DNA of 64,000 bases from Acidobacteriaceae bacterium (GTDB taxonomy: Bacteria; Acidobacteriota; Terriglobia; Terriglobales; Acidobacteriaceae). The translations under genes were made by a program, and so were the position numbers. Below the pieces are notes generated by a model. That model worked only from the letters and a program-made list of their open reading frames with translations. It did no database searches and was not told where the DNA came from. The stretch is from NCBI GenBank assembly GCA_035532055.1, contig DATKRT010000030.1, positions 74,362 to 138,361 of the forward strand, written 5' to 3'. Positions 54,389-64,000 of this stretch are shown in pieces (position 1 is the first letter of the stretch; the number at the start of each line of letters is the position of its first letter).

Positions 54389-55035
54389 AGGTTCAACGGC
54401 TTGCCATATTCGCCGTCGAATACCGTGTGCGCCATGCTGAAACGGCCGCCGTAGAACTTGTCGTCGCCACTGAGGTGCCCCACAGCGAGCGATGCCACAA
54501 CATGGTAGCTGAGGGGCAGCTTGAGCGCTTCGCGCACCTTCTCTTCCTCAAAGCCCTCCATCGGAGACGTGTCGTAGCCCAGCACTTCAGCCATGAGCAT
54601 CATGCTGGTAAAGGCAATCGCAACCTGCTTGAAAAGCCAGGCGGTGAAATTGGGGTGGATGGAGAGGTAATTGGGGATCACCGTCCGTGCTTGTTCCGCA
54701 TAATTTTCCGGCATACCGCCTTCACATCCCTGCCGAAGCACTTCCTCAAGGTCGCCTTTGCGCCAGCCGTCCGCGTCGCCACAAGCCACGATCACAACCG
54801 GAGCTTCTTCCACCTTGGGCTGATTAAAACTCGCACTGCGGAGGCGGCGTTTCTGCTCCTCGGTACGCACGACGATAAATCGCCAGGGTTGCAGGTTATA
54901 GCCGCTCGGCGCCTGGAGTCCTGCTTCCAGAATTTTTTTCAAGTCCGCGTCCGGAATGGGCGTTCCATCAAAGCTGGGGGTGTCGCGACGCTGGGCAATT
55001 GCCTGGCTCAGTGTTTTTTCCATCAGATTGGGCAT
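54385..55035 (-). CDS. nitroreductase family protein
   Basis: AIAQRRDTPSFDGTPIPDADLKKILEAGLQAPSGYNLQPWRFIVV. The start is at the internal ATG 55035. Confidence 0.85.
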   Translation of the reverse strand: MPNLMEKTLSQAIAQRRDTPSFDGTPIPDADLKKILEAGLQAPSGYNLQPWRFIVVRTEEQKRRLRSASFNQPKVEEAPVVIVACGDADGWRKGDLEEVLRQGCEGGMPENYAEQARTVIPNYLSIHPNFTAWLFKQVAIAFTSMMLMAEVLGYDTSPMEGFEEEKVREALKLPLSYHVVASLAVGHLSGDDKFYGGRFSMAHTVFDGEYGKPLNL

Positions 55036-55103
55036 ATAGGCAGATACTTCCTTCGTAGAACTGAATATGCGGCAGCTCTCAGCGCTGCTCTTTCTCAACT
55101 GCT

Positions 55104-56168
55104 TTATTCAATTTGCTTCATTGGAATCTCGATAGCAAACGGCTGTCCACTGCCGTAGCGGGCATATACCCACAGGCCATGGAATCCTTCCCGCAGTTCC
55201 GGGTGCGCCGCCAGCAGTGCCTTCATAAGAGAGACAATTTGTGCACGGGTCGAAACAGGATCCGATACCCCCAGTGCTTTGTAGTCCACCACCAGGTCCA
55301 GCTGTCCAGAGAAGTTGCCGGGCCGGAGTCCGGTCACGTCAAGATTTACCCCACCTGCCCTGACCACCATCGGCTGCTTGCCGGGTAACCCAGCCGGTAC
55401 TACCTCGTGCTCCTCTTTCAACAACTTTTGCAGGTTGGGGCTAGATAAGAAATCGACCGGATTCAGCAGTAAGGCGGCGGTTCGATAGTAAAAATATGCA
55501 TTCCAGTTCAGTTTTTTGGCGGCAAAACTTTGGGCCTTGCGCCAGAACCAGACGCCGTCATGCCCGGCCAATGTCATAGGGCGGATGTAGAGTCCCGCGA
55601 GCTTCCACGACGCCGAGCCGCTGGGATCATTCTGCAGCAGCAGGGTCATCTGTTGCGGATGCTGGACGCCCGTCGCGTGCAGGATTGCGAGCAGGTACTT
55701 TCCGGCCGGGAGGTTGGGGATGGTCACCGTGACGAGCAGTGTTGAGCTGGAAAAGCCACAGAAAAACTGCGCCTGATTGGCTCCGGAGTTGCTACTGCCG
55801 TTTGTTTTCTGGTCCTGCGCATTCAAGCTGTAGAGCGCGTCGACTGTTAGAGTGGCCTTCTGGACGAGAGGCGACACCTGTTCAATACTGCCAGCGATGG
55901 AGGCGAACTGCGCGGCTACTGCGGGAATGGTATTGGCGCGGACCGCGGCAGCGTTGCCAGCCAGAACCTCTGTCCCCAGCGAATGCGCCGCCTGCTGGTA
56001 GAGGGTACGCTGCGCCGGAGTCATTTTGCTTTCCGTGGTGCACGACTGTGCCCGGGCGGCGACAGGCCACACCAGAGCCACGATTACGGCGAGCAGTAGA
56101 ACACAATTCCAGCAGCGCAGTCGCATAATAAACATGTACGCCCGTTTCAGCGAAATAAAAACGAGCAA
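55104..56168 (-). CDS. hypothetical secreted protein
   Basis: 354 aa with a signal sequence (LLLAVIVALVWPVAARA). No recognised domain. The exact start is uncertain. Confidence 0.55.
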   Translation of the reverse strand: MLVFISLKRAYMFIMRLRCWNCVLLLAVIVALVWPVAARAQSCTTESKMTPAQRTLYQQAAHSLGTEVLAGNAAAVRANTIPAVAAQFASIAGSIEQVSPLVQKATLTVDALYSLNAQDQKTNGSSNSGANQAQFFCGFSSSTLLVTVTIPNLPAGKYLLAILHATGVQHPQQMTLLLQNDPSGSASWKLAGLYIRPMTLAGHDGVWFWRKAQSFAAKKLNWNAYFYYRTAALLLNPVDFLSSPNLQKLLKEEHEVVPAGLPGKQPMVVRAGGVNLDVTGLRPGNFSGQLDLVVDYKALGVSDPVSTRAQIVSLMKALLAAHPELREGFHGLWVYARYGSGQPFAIEIPMKQIE

Positions 56169-56231
56169 ATTGAAACCACTGCTAGTCTAGTACAAGGGCG
56201 GCTACGCCGTGGTTGCCGCACACCGACCTCG

Positions 56232-56993
56232 TTGATGGCAGTTCAAAAACATTCCGCTCTGCGTGCTTTGATTGTCGCTACCTCACTGGCAGTGTGCAGC
56301 ATTGGATTGGCTCAGTTTCGTCCTCCGTATCGCCGGGCGGGCGCCTTGCCCCAGACCCAGTCGAGCGCCCCAGTCCAGCCGCAGCCTCAGGCTGCAAGCA
56401 CTGCGTCAAGCCCATCAACGCAGTCGGCTGCTGCGACCGCGTCGCCCGCCCGCACCGCACCTTCCCTGCTGAATAAGCCCGCCCAACCGGCCAAAGTAAC
56501 GCTGGAATCAGGCAAGCTCATGATTGACGCGCATAACTCAACCCTTGCGGAGATTCTGCACAAGATTTCGCAGAGCGGAGGGATGAAAATCAGCGGCTTG
56601 CACGCGGGCAGGGCCAATCAAAGAGTGTTCGGCACCTATGGTCCGGGTACTCCGCGCGCGGTGCTCTCTGAGCTGCTGAATGGATCCGGCTACAACGTGC
56701 TCATGTTTGGAACCACAGCATCGGGTGTACCGCTCCAACTGGCTCTTTCGGTACGTCCGGCCGGTGGTATTCCCAATCCTCCGCCCCAGAGCGAAGCGAT
56801 TCTGCACCAGGAATATGAAGAAAACCAGATTCGCCCAACCCGGTATGTTCCGGAACCGCATCCCTATCCGAAACAACAGCAGCAACAAAAAAATGCGCGA
56901 CCCGGTGTTCGCACACCTCAGCAGATTTTGCAGGAGTTAGAGCAGATGCGTCAGCGGCAGATGCAACAACAGCAGAACCAGCAATCGCATTAG
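56232..56993 (+). CDS. hypothetical secreted protein with a Gln-rich C-terminus
   Basis: Signal peptide LIVATSLAVCSIGLAQ, a short STN-like segment (NSTLAEILHKISQSGGMKISG) and a C-terminal QQQQQK...QMQQQQNQQSH. Confidence 0.55.
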   Translation: MMAVQKHSALRALIVATSLAVCSIGLAQFRPPYRRAGALPQTQSSAPVQPQPQAASTASSPSTQSAAATASPARTAPSLLNKPAQPAKVTLESGKLMIDAHNSTLAEILHKISQSGGMKISGLHAGRANQRVFGTYGPGTPRAVLSELLNGSGYNVLMFGTTASGVPLQLALSVRPAGGIPNPPPQSEAILHQEYEENQIRPTRYVPEPHPYPKQQQQQKNARPGVRTPQQILQELEQMRQRQMQQQQNQQSH

Positions 56994-57087
56994 CCGGGTT
57001 CAAGGCTGGATGGCAAACCAGCTCGCAGCGGCTGAACACAAAGCCGTTCAAGTACGAGCGGGCAGGAAAATGCCGGCTTATTCAGAT

Positions 57088-57261
57088 TTAGGTAAGGCGG
57101 GCAACCTGGTGTTTGGCTTGCTGGCGCAGATCCACAGGGCGCGCATGAATGCCAAATATGGAAAAACCAATCCGGAGGATTCCGTAGGCGGCCAGAACTC
57201 CAAAAGCCATAGCTGCGAAACTAGCACACACCAGCATTACCAAATTAGTAACATCCTGCAT
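57088..57261 (-). CDS. possible 57-aa membrane protein (below the ORF-track cutoff)
   Basis: My own translation: MQDVTNLVMLVCASFAAMAFGVLAAYGILRIGFSIFGIHARPVDLRQQAKHQVARLT. It contains one long hydrophobic stretch. Confidence 0.3.
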   Translation of the reverse strand: MQDVTNLVMLVCASFAAMAFGVLAAYGILRIGFSIFGIHARPVDLRQQAKHQVARLT

Positions 57262-57363
57262 TCGTTCTCTCTCTTTGCCTTCCTCTATGGTTACATAAAT
57301 TCTGGTGGAAGACGTTCGCAGAGGTCAACCAACCTGCACTTATTACCATGCCACTATTTACGT

Positions 57364-57381
57364 TTTTGCAACAGTGCAAAA
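57364..57381. promoter_or_regulatory. perfect palindrome TTTTGCA-acag-TGCAAAA just upstream of the putative uvrA promoter
   Basis: Read directly. It ends 6 bp before a TTGACC -35-like hexamer. Confidence 0.35.
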
Positions 57382-57387
57382 GCCGCG

Positions 57388-57417
57388 TTGACCCTTGTTT
57401 CTGTTGCCGAATAAGAT
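57388..57417 (+). promoter_or_regulatory. putative sigma-70-type promoter of uvrA (TTGACC-N18-TAAGAT)
   Basis: Hexamers at 57388-93 and 57412-17, about 95 bp upstream of the uvrA ATG. Confidence 0.3.
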
Positions 57418-57510
57418 ACGGGTAGAGGTGGTGTAAATATCACCTCCAGCCTCTTATCCGGGCTTTTGCAGACGCGATCCAGCGCCGCACCTGATTCACA
57501 GAAAAGTCGA

Positions 57511-60393
57511 ATGACGATCACTCACATCACCGTGCGCGGCGCGCGCCAGCATAATCTTCGCAACATCGATGTTCGGATTCCGCGCAATACCCTGACAGTG
57601 GTGACCGGGCTATCCGGTTCGGGCAAGTCCTCGCTCGCCTTTGACACGATTTATGCCGAGGGCCAGCGGCGGTACGTGGAGACTTTATCAGCGTATGCCC
57701 GGCAATTTCTGGATCAGATCGAACGGCCCGACGTTGATTCCATTGAGGGGCTAAGCCCCGCCATCTCCATTGAGCAGAAGACCACCAGCCGCAGTCCCCG
57801 CTCCACGGTGGGCACGATTACAGAGATTTACGACTATCTGCGCCTGCTCTATGCGTCCGTCGGCACACCGCACTGTCCCAATTGCGGACGCCGTATCTCC
57901 CGGCAGTCCGCGGAGCAGATTGTCGAGCGCATTCTGGCCGTTGGAGCTGGCGAGCGGGTCATCGTCTACGCGCCGGTGGTGCGCGGCCGCAAAGGCGAGT
58001 TCAAGGACCTTCTGGACAAGCTCGACCAGCAGGGTTTCCGCGCCCGCGTAGACGGCGAGATGCACGACCTGTCGGAGCCGCTCAACCTGGACAAGCGCAA
58101 GAACCACACTATTGAAGCGGTGGTCTATCGAGCCATTTTGAAACCCGGCATCGAAAAGGCGCTGGAATCGTCTGTTGTGAAGGCGTTGCAGATGGCGAAC
58201 GGTTTGGTTCTGGTTGGCGCCCAGCACGACGAGCAGCTTTATTCCTCATCCATGTCCTGCCCGGACTGCGAACAGGACATCCCCAAGCTTGAGCCGCGCA
58301 GCTTTTCCTTCAACAGCACCTACGGAGCGTGCCCCAAGTGCAACGGGCTCGGCAGCATTTACGACTTCGACCCGGGGAAGATTATCAACGACTGGTCCAA
58401 GCCTCTTTTGGACGGCGCGCTCGGCCCCGGCTCGTCGTCGCAGTACCTGATTCGATTGATCCGTCTGGCGGCTGCGAAGTACAAGATTGATCTGCGAAAG
58501 CCTATCGAAAAGCTGCCGCAGAAGCAGCAGGACCTGTTGCTTTACGGCCCGCCGAAGGCGGAGGCTCCGCGTACGGGCTTTCACGGCATTTTGGCCTGGC
58601 TGCGGGACAATCTTGAAGAGTCGAAGTCCGAGGCTTACCGCGAGTGGATGATGGGCTACATGTCAGCCTCGGTTTGCCCGGTATGCATGGGACGCCGCCT
58701 GCGGCCCGAGTCGCTGGCCGTCAAGGTCGGCGACCTCTCGATCGCGGACTTCACTTCCCTGCCGCTGAACCGCGCCCTGCCAGCCGCGCATGCCCTTCAG
58801 TTCACTGCCCGCGAGGCTCTGATTGCCGAGCGCATCCGCCGCGAGATTGCAGAACGGCTGGAGTTCCTGACCGCGGTCGGCCTTGGCTATCTTTCGCTCG
58901 ACCGCAACGCAGCCACCCTTTCCGGAGGCGAGGGCCAGCGCATCCGTCTGGCCACGCAGATCGGCTCACGGTTGCGCGGTGTGCTCTATGTGTTGGACGA
59001 GCCCTCCATCGGCCTGCACCAGCGCGACAACCTTCGCCTGATTCAGGCGCTCGAATCACTGCGCAATCTGGGTAATACCGTACTGGTCGTCGAGCATGAC
59101 GAAGACACGATTCGCCACGCCGACTATGTGCTCGACCTTGGCCCCGGCGCGGGACGGTTGGGCGGGCATCTGGTGGCACAGGGCACACCGGCAGAGATCA
59201 TGCAGGCGACCGCGTCCCTCACCGGGCGCTACCTGGCGGGAGAAGTCGCCATTCAGCACCGCATTGCCCCGCGCAAGCTCACCGGCAAATGGATCACGAT
59301 TCTAGGAGCCAGGAGCCACAACCTGCAGTCAGTGACTGTAAAGTTTCCGCTGAGTGTGATGACCGTGGTGACAGGAGTATCCGGTTCCGGCAAGAGCACG
59401 CTGGTGAACGACACCCTGTACCGCGCCCTGGCTAAAGAACTGTATGGTTCGCGCGAGGAGCCGGGCCAGCACACGCGCATCCGCGGCTTTGACCAGATTG
59501 ACAAGGCCATCCGCATTGACCAGTCGCCGATTGGGCGCACGCCGCGCTCGAATCCGGCAACCTATACGGGCGTATTTACCGCTATTCGCGACCTGTTTGC
59601 CATGCTGCCGGAGTCGCGCGAGCGCGGCTACAAGGCGGGGCGATTCTCGTTCAACGTGGCCGGAGGCCGCTGCGAAGCCTGCCAGGGCGACGGCCAGCGC
59701 CGCATCGAGATGAACTTCCTGCCCGACGTCTACGTACAGTGCGAGGTCTGCAACGGCCGGCGCTACAACCAGGAAACGCTGGCGGTGAAATTCAACGGAT
59801 ACTCGATTGCGGACATTCTGGACCTCACGATCGAGGACGCGCTGCCGGTGCTTATCGACATCCCACAGGTCAAGCAAAAGCTGCAAACGCTGGTCGATGT
59901 AGGCCTCGGCTATATTCACCTCGGACAGGGGGCCACTACGCTTTCCGGCGGCGAGGCGCAGCGCATGAAGATTGCGCGCGAGTTGAGCAAGCGCCAGACG
60001 GGGCGTACGCTCTATCTGCTGGACGAACCGACGACCGGGCTGCACTTTGATGATGTGCGCCGTCTGCTGGAAGTTCTGCACCGGCTTACCGACCTCGGCA
60101 ACACGGTCATCATTATCGAGCACAACCTTGACGTGATTCGCAACGCTGACTGGGTTATCGACCTGGGCCCGGAAGGCGGCGAGGACGGCGGCCGCATTGT
60201 TGCTGAAGGCACGCCGGAACAGGTGACCCGCGTGGGACACTCGCACACCGGGATGTTTCTGCGCAGGTATTATGAGGGTTCGGCGCCCGATGACTCAGGG
60301 GCAACACCGAACGGAACCGTGAAAATCTCTGCGCGCAAGAGTGGCTCGAAATCCAGGCCGCGCGCGAGCCGGAAGAAAGAATGGGTGCAATAG
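57511..60393 (+). CDS. uvrA: excinuclease ABC subunit A
   Basis: [67 protein letters not shown]. Canonical UvrA length with RGRKGEF, two LSGGE signatures and Zn modules. The start is at ATG 57511. Confidence 0.95.
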   Translation: MTITHITVRGARQHNLRNIDVRIPRNTLTVVTGLSGSGKSSLAFDTIYAEGQRRYVETLSAYARQFLDQIERPDVDSIEGLSPAISIEQKTTSRSPRSTVGTITEIYDYLRLLYASVGTPHCPNCGRRISRQSAEQIVERILAVGAGERVIVYAPVVRGRKGEFKDLLDKLDQQGFRARVDGEMHDLSEPLNLDKRKNHTIEAVVYRAILKPGIEKALESSVVKALQMANGLVLVGAQHDEQLYSSSMSCPDCEQDIPKLEPRSFSFNSTYGACPKCNGLGSIYDFDPGKIINDWSKPLLDGALGPGSSSQYLIRLIRLAAAKYKIDLRKPIEKLPQKQQDLLLYGPPKAEAPRTGFHGILAWLRDNLEESKSEAYREWMMGYMSASVCPVCMGRRLRPESLAVKVGDLSIADFTSLPLNRALPAAHALQFTAREALIAERIRREIAERLEFLTAVGLGYLSLDRNAATLSGGEGQRIRLATQIGSRLRGVLYVLDEPSIGLHQRDNLRLIQALESLRNLGNTVLVVEHDEDTIRHADYVLDLGPGAGRLGGHLVAQGTPAEIMQATASLTGRYLAGEVAIQHRIAPRKLTGKWITILGARSHNLQSVTVKFPLSVMTVVTGVSGSGKSTLVNDTLYRALAKELYGSREEPGQHTRIRGFDQIDKAIRIDQSPIGRTPRSNPATYTGVFTAIRDLFAMLPESRERGYKAGRFSFNVAGGRCEACQGDGQRRIEMNFLPDVYVQCEVCNGRRYNQETLAVKFNGYSIADILDLTIEDALPVLIDIPQVKQKLQTLVDVGLGYIHLGQGATTLSGGEAQRMKIARELSKRQTGRTLYLLDEPTTGLHFDDVRRLLEVLHRLTDLGNTVIIIEHNLDVIRNADWVIDLGPEGGEDGGRIVAEGTPEQVTRVGHSHTGMFLRRYYEGSAPDDSGATPNGTVKISARKSGSKSRPRASRKKEWVQ

Positions 60394-60400
60394 GCCAGGC

Positions 60401-61393
60401 ATGAGCGATGACGCGTCCAACGATCTGAATCCCACGGAATCCCGATTTCCTGCAGGTCCAAGCGATCCGTCAGTATCCATGCCATACTCACGGTCAGTTG
60501 CTTTTCCCGGACAGAACCAGGCGGCAGCGAGCGAGCCTCCTTTGGACATGTTCGGCATTCCCACGCAGGCACCCGAACCCAGGCAGTACCCGCATCGGAT
60601 TCCACATATCGGCCATGTCGTGCTGTTCTTCGTTATTGCGTTTGTTTTCGTTGTGGTAGGTCAGTTGCTCGGCGTGTTCCTGCTGTTCGTCAGCCACATC
60701 CTCCCGCACCGCACTTACGAGCAGCTCTATGTGCTGTCCTCTAACGACGCGCGCATTAGCATTCCCATTCAGGCGCTTTCCTACGGGCTTGTTGCGCTGG
60801 TTTGCATTCCCATTTTCACGGTGATCTGGAATGAATCGTTTGGCGAGGGTGTACGGTGGCATGCGGGAACGGCGCGGCGGCGGTTCCTGCTTCTTTTAGG
60901 GATCGGGCTTGCGGTCGGCTTCAGCGTCACCTTCCTCGGCGACTACCTGCCCATGCCCAAGAATCCCCCCATTACGCAGGACATGATGAAGTCGGCGGCC
61001 GGAGCCTGGATCATGCTCGTTTTCGGACTGACAGTCGCGCCCATGCTCGAGGAGTTGGCGTTTCGCGGCTTCCTGCTGCCGGGACTCATCAACTCGTTTC
61101 GCTGGTTCGGCGACCGTGGAATGATTTCCCCGTCCGTGGCAGACCGCGTTGGCATCCCGTTTTCCATTCTTCTAACCAGCCTGGCCTTCGCCTACATGCA
61201 CTCGCCGCAGGTATCGCATGCGTGGGGACCGCTGCTGCTGATCGGCATTGTGAGCGTCGTGCTCTGCATTGTGAGATTAGCCATGAACTCCGTGGCTGCG
61301 GGTGTGATTGTGCACTCGGCCTATAACTTCACTCTGTTTATTGGCGTACTTTATCAGACGAACGGTTTCCAGCATCTGGATAAATTGAAGTGA
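60401..61393 (+). CDS. CPBP family intramembrane glutamic endopeptidase (CAAX protease/Abi)
   Basis: Multi-TM protein with APMLEELAFRGFLLPGL, FAYMH and HSAYNF motifs. The start is at ATG 60401. Confidence 0.85.
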   Translation: MSDDASNDLNPTESRFPAGPSDPSVSMPYSRSVAFPGQNQAAASEPPLDMFGIPTQAPEPRQYPHRIPHIGHVVLFFVIAFVFVVVGQLLGVFLLFVSHILPHRTYEQLYVLSSNDARISIPIQALSYGLVALVCIPIFTVIWNESFGEGVRWHAGTARRRFLLLLGIGLAVGFSVTFLGDYLPMPKNPPITQDMMKSAAGAWIMLVFGLTVAPMLEELAFRGFLLPGLINSFRWFGDRGMISPSVADRVGIPFSILLTSLAFAYMHSPQVSHAWGPLLLIGIVSVVLCIVRLAMNSVAAGVIVHSAYNFTLFIGVLYQTNGFQHLDKLK

Positions 61394-61413
61394 CCAACTA
61401 CAATCGGTAATTG

Positions 61414-62016
61414 ATGACTACCGACCACCGCACCGCGTTGCTTCATCTGCTTTCGCGTATTTCGTTCAAGCTCGGCGATTTCACGCTGTCCTCCGGCACC
61501 AAGAGCGACTACTACATCGACTGCCGCACCACCACGCTGCACGCCGAAGGTGGACGCCTGACCGGACTCGCGATTCTCGACTTGCTCCATCAGCATAAGC
61601 TGCATCCGGCAGCCGTAGGCGGGCTTACCATGGGAGCCGACCCTATCGTCTCCAACCTGGCCACGGCCAGCGCATGGCGCGCGCAACAGCACGCCGGCTC
61701 GCCGCTGATTCATGGATTCCTCGTCCGCAAGGCGGAAAAGACCCACGGAACAGGCCGCCGGATTGAGGGCTTTTTCGAGGAGGGCGCGCCGGTGCTTATC
61801 GTGGACGATGTATGTACAACGGGAGCCTCCACCATTACCGCGATTGAGGCCGCCAAAGCCGCGGGCATGAAGGTTATCGCCGCTGTGTGCCTGGTTGAGC
61901 GCCAGGAGGCCCATGGCCGTCCCGCTGTGGAGGCAGCCTGCGAAGGAGCCCCCTTCTACAGCCTGTTCACGGCACACGATGTTCGCGCCGCGCACGTCGC
62001 TCAGTTCTCGATGTAA
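61414..62016 (+). CDS. pyrE: orotate phosphoribosyltransferase
   Basis: FKLGDFTLSSGTKSDYYIDCR and the PRPP motif VLIVDDVCTTGAST. Confidence 0.92.
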   Translation: MTTDHRTALLHLLSRISFKLGDFTLSSGTKSDYYIDCRTTTLHAEGGRLTGLAILDLLHQHKLHPAAVGGLTMGADPIVSNLATASAWRAQQHAGSPLIHGFLVRKAEKTHGTGRRIEGFFEEGAPVLIVDDVCTTGASTITAIEAAKAAGMKVIAAVCLVERQEAHGRPAVEAACEGAPFYSLFTAHDVRAAHVAQFSM

Positions 62017-62054
62017 AAGGAAAATCCCCGAACCCACTGAAGGAGTCCGGGGAT
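62012..62054 (-). terminator. putative terminator of the OmpA-family gene
   Basis: AATCCCCG (62022-29) pairs with CGGGGATT (62047-54). On the minus strand the hairpin is followed by TTTTCCTTTT. Confidence 0.45.
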
Positions 62055-62075
62055 TATGGCACGAGAAAACGACAT

Positions 62076-62837
62076 TTACTGCTGGGTGGGAGAGTGGAGC
62101 ATGCTGGTCTGCGCGGGAGCCGTCGGCTCCTGGCCGGTTGTGTTGGTGAGAAGCTGAATGGTCACGCGGCGGTTCTCTGCGCGTCCTGCCGCCGTGTGGT
62201 TTGATGCCACTTCCTTATCCTTGCCAATGCCGATCAGGTAGAACTTATGCGGCGGCACGCCATACTTGGCCGCCAGATACTGCACCACTGATCGGGCCCG
62301 GCGCTGGCTGAGGTCATAGTTGTACGCAGCCGGTCCGGTTGAGTCGGTTCCGCCGGTCACTTCAAGGATGTAGCCCTTCGCTCCGCTCATCTGCGCAGCA
62401 AAATCATCGAGCATTGCCTTGTCCTCACGGGTCAGGACTGCCTTGTTAAAACCAAAGTGGACGCTGGTTTCCGCCACCTGATTATAGCTGTCGAGGTTGG
62501 CTACCACGCTCTTCAGCGAATCGGCTTGATTGATGGCCTCTTCTGCTGACTGATGCGCCTGGTCGGCCGCCTGGCTGGCTGTATTTGCCTGCTGGCTCGC
62601 ATGGTTGGCCGAACTCTGCGCTTCCTGAATGCCGGTTTGTGCGCGCTGATCCACATTGTGCAAATCGCGGTTGTTCTTTGCCGTGGCATCGTCCAGCTCA
62701 TTTGTATGCTGAATCAGAGGCTCAGTCTGGCTGCGCACGTAGTTTTTGGTTGTGCATCCTGTGGCAAGCAGCAGGGGAACCGCTCCCACAGAGAAAAGCA
62801 CAAGCACTGCTTTTCTTTGTAATTTTTCGTAAATCAT
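62076..62837 (-). CDS. OmpA-family lipoprotein with an N-terminal coiled-coil region
   Basis: Lipobox LLATGC and a C-terminal OmpA-like domain (FGFNKAVLT...TGGTDSTGPAAYNYDLSQRRARSV...NRRVTIQL). Confidence 0.88.
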   Translation of the reverse strand: MIYEKLQRKAVLVLFSVGAVPLLLATGCTTKNYVRSQTEPLIQHTNELDDATAKNNRDLHNVDQRAQTGIQEAQSSANHASQQANTASQAADQAHQSAEEAINQADSLKSVVANLDSYNQVAETSVHFGFNKAVLTREDKAMLDDFAAQMSGAKGYILEVTGGTDSTGPAAYNYDLSQRRARSVVQYLAAKYGVPPHKFYLIGIGKDKEVASNHTAAGRAENRRVTIQLLTNTTGQEPTAPAQTSMLHSPTQQ

Positions 62838-63061
62838 CGGGTCGAACTCCGTATCTGGGGTCTACAAGCAGAACCCTGCATTCCGGGCGGCCTTGCAGCC
62901 GCTCTTGATTGGCTAATGTAGAAAGGTGCATACACACCCTTCCTGCCTCATTGTCTAACCATAGACAAGCAACAAGCATGCCAAACTAATGGCGGCGCTT
63001 TATGTGGCTCATTCATAGTGGGTTAGAAAATATCCAGCAGGCCCACTCCCGTCGATAGATT

Positions 63062-63100
63062 GTCTGGCTGGGTATTTTTTACCCACTACGGCAGCCAGAC
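63062..63100. promoter_or_regulatory. nested inverted repeat upstream of uvrC
   Basis: GTCTGGCTG (63062-70) pairs with CAGCCAGAC (63092-100), enclosing GGGTA-ttttt-TACCC. It lies about 65-100 bp upstream of the uvrC ATG. Confidence 0.4.
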
Positions 63101-63163
63101 CGGCAATTGCTCTTTCTACCCAGTTGACCACCGCCAGCCCCTAAACTAGAAAAGAGCCTCGCA

Positions 63164-64000
63164 ATGGATCTCCACGAGAAAATCCGGACATTGCCAACCG
63201 GCCCAGGCGTGTACCTGTACAAAAACGCCGAAGGCGAGGTGATCTACGTCGGGAAAGCCAAGAACCTGCGCGCGCGCGTCCGGTCGTATCTTCTGGAGGC
63301 CTCACAGGCCAACGCCAAAACCGGCTCGCTGATGCGCGAGGCTGTCGACATTGACTACATTCTGGTGGATAACGAGCAAGAAGCGCTGGCGCTGGAAAAC
63401 AACCTGATCAAGCAGCGCAAGCCGCGCTTTAATGTCCTGCTGCGCGATGACAAGACCTACCCTTATGTGAAACTTACGCTGGGCGACCGCTATCCCAAGG
63501 TGTTTGTCACGCGCCGCCTGCGCAAAGACAGCAGCGCCTATTACGGGCCGTATTTTCCGGGGAATCTGGCCTATCGCATTGCAGAGCTGATTCATCGCAG
63601 CTTTCTGATCCCCAGCTGCAAGGTCGATCTTTCGCGCTATCATCCGCGTCCCTGCCTGCAGTACTACATCAAGCGCTGCCTGGGCCCCTGCGTCGAAGGA
63701 TTGACCACGCCCGAGATCTACCGTGAAGCCGTCCGCGACGCCCAGCTCTTCCTCGATGGCCGCGCCGCTGACCTTGAAAAATCCATCCACCACCGCATGG
63801 AGGAAGCCGCTGCATCTGAGCAGTACGAGCTGGCGGCCAAGTATCGCGACCTGCTCATCACCATCAGCCAGTTGCAGGAAAAACAGCGCATCGCCTCGAC
63901 CGAGAATGACGACGCGGATGTCTTCGGCTATCACTACGAAAGCGGCATGCTGGCCGTGAATCTGTTCCACGTTCGCTCGGGCAAGATTGTGGACCGCCGC
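63164..64000 (+). CDS. uvrC: excinuclease ABC subunit C (5' part, runs off the right edge)
   Basis: My own translation from ATG 63164: MDLHEKIRTLPTGPGVYLYKNAEGEVIYVGKAKNLRARVRSYL..., the GIY-YIG domain. The frame stays open to position 64000. The listed antisense ORF 63302..63970(-) is rejected. Confidence 0.93.
   Translation, partial: MDLHEKIRTLPTGPGVYLYKNAEGEVIYVGKAKNLRARVRSYLLEASQANAKTGSLMREAVDIDYILVDNEQEALALENNLIKQRKPRFNVLLRDDKTYPYVKLTLGDRYPKVFVTRRLRKDSSAYYGPYFPGNLAYRIAELIHRSFLIPSCKVDLSRYHPRPCLQYYIKRCLGPCVEGLTTPEIYREAVRDAQLFLDGRAADLEKSIHHRMEEAAASEQYELAAKYRDLLITISQLQEKQRIASTENDDADVFGYHYESGMLAVNLFHVRSGKIVDRR

Noticed and set aside
57262-57510. Known LexA box formats (CTGT-N8-ACAG, GAAC-N4-GTTC, GTTC-N7-GTTC) upstream of uvrA. 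I also checked 17041-17298 and 62838-63163.
   Set aside because: None was found by eye on either strand. Only partial half-sites occur (for example GTTC-gcagagg-TCAA), so I make no SOS-box call.
63302-63970. 222-aa minus-strand ORF
   Set aside because: It is antisense to a clear GIY-YIG UvrC N-terminus that is open to the window edge. Its translation has no recognisable features.

Overview
This is a GC-rich, gene-dense bacterial chromosomal segment. The gene content suggests Acidobacteriota (an ADOP-type duplicated orphan permease, many USP, PAS and sigma-54 regulators), but that assignment is an inference. I call about 65 protein genes and two tRNAs (Ser-GGA, Gly-CCC), almost all core housekeeping: lpxD, tmk, holB, ruvC, thiG, pepA, purB, ubiX, pyrE, tadA, uvrA, uvrC, pssA, psd, tsaB, rimI and a Sua5/TsaC gene. 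I recognised no CRISPR array, transposase, integrase, phage gene or known defence gene, so I cannot point to a clear new multi-gene system.

The observations most worth a second look are:
1. A stress-regulatory island at 1.7-8.9 kb. Three tandem-USP genes surround STAS, Crp/Fnr and PAS-PAS-GAF sigma-54 activator genes, and each USP gene is preceded by the same GTGA-N6-TCAC palindrome. The local Crp/Fnr protein has a CRP-type RETVxR recognition helix that fits this palindrome.
2. A roughly 400-bp AT-rich intergenic region (46.3-46.7 kb) with an orphan strong intrinsic terminator. This suggests an unannotated sRNA or attenuator leader upstream of a PCYCGC-like Cys-rich protein.
3. An Hfq-type Sm domain placed at the C-terminus of a 169-aa ORF, followed by a 120-nt long-range inverted repeat.
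4. A completely cysteine-free Asd-like protein tightly linked to psd and pssA.
5. A MeaB GTPase fused to methylmalonyl-CoA epimerase.
6. A cytochrome P450 wedged into the tmk-holB pair and translationally coupled to tmk.
7. A second, divergent UvrA paralog.

All functional calls come from reading the supplied translations and recognising motifs. No database search was run. Many long ORFs in the track are antisense or off-frame shadows typical of high-GC DNA, and I rejected them.
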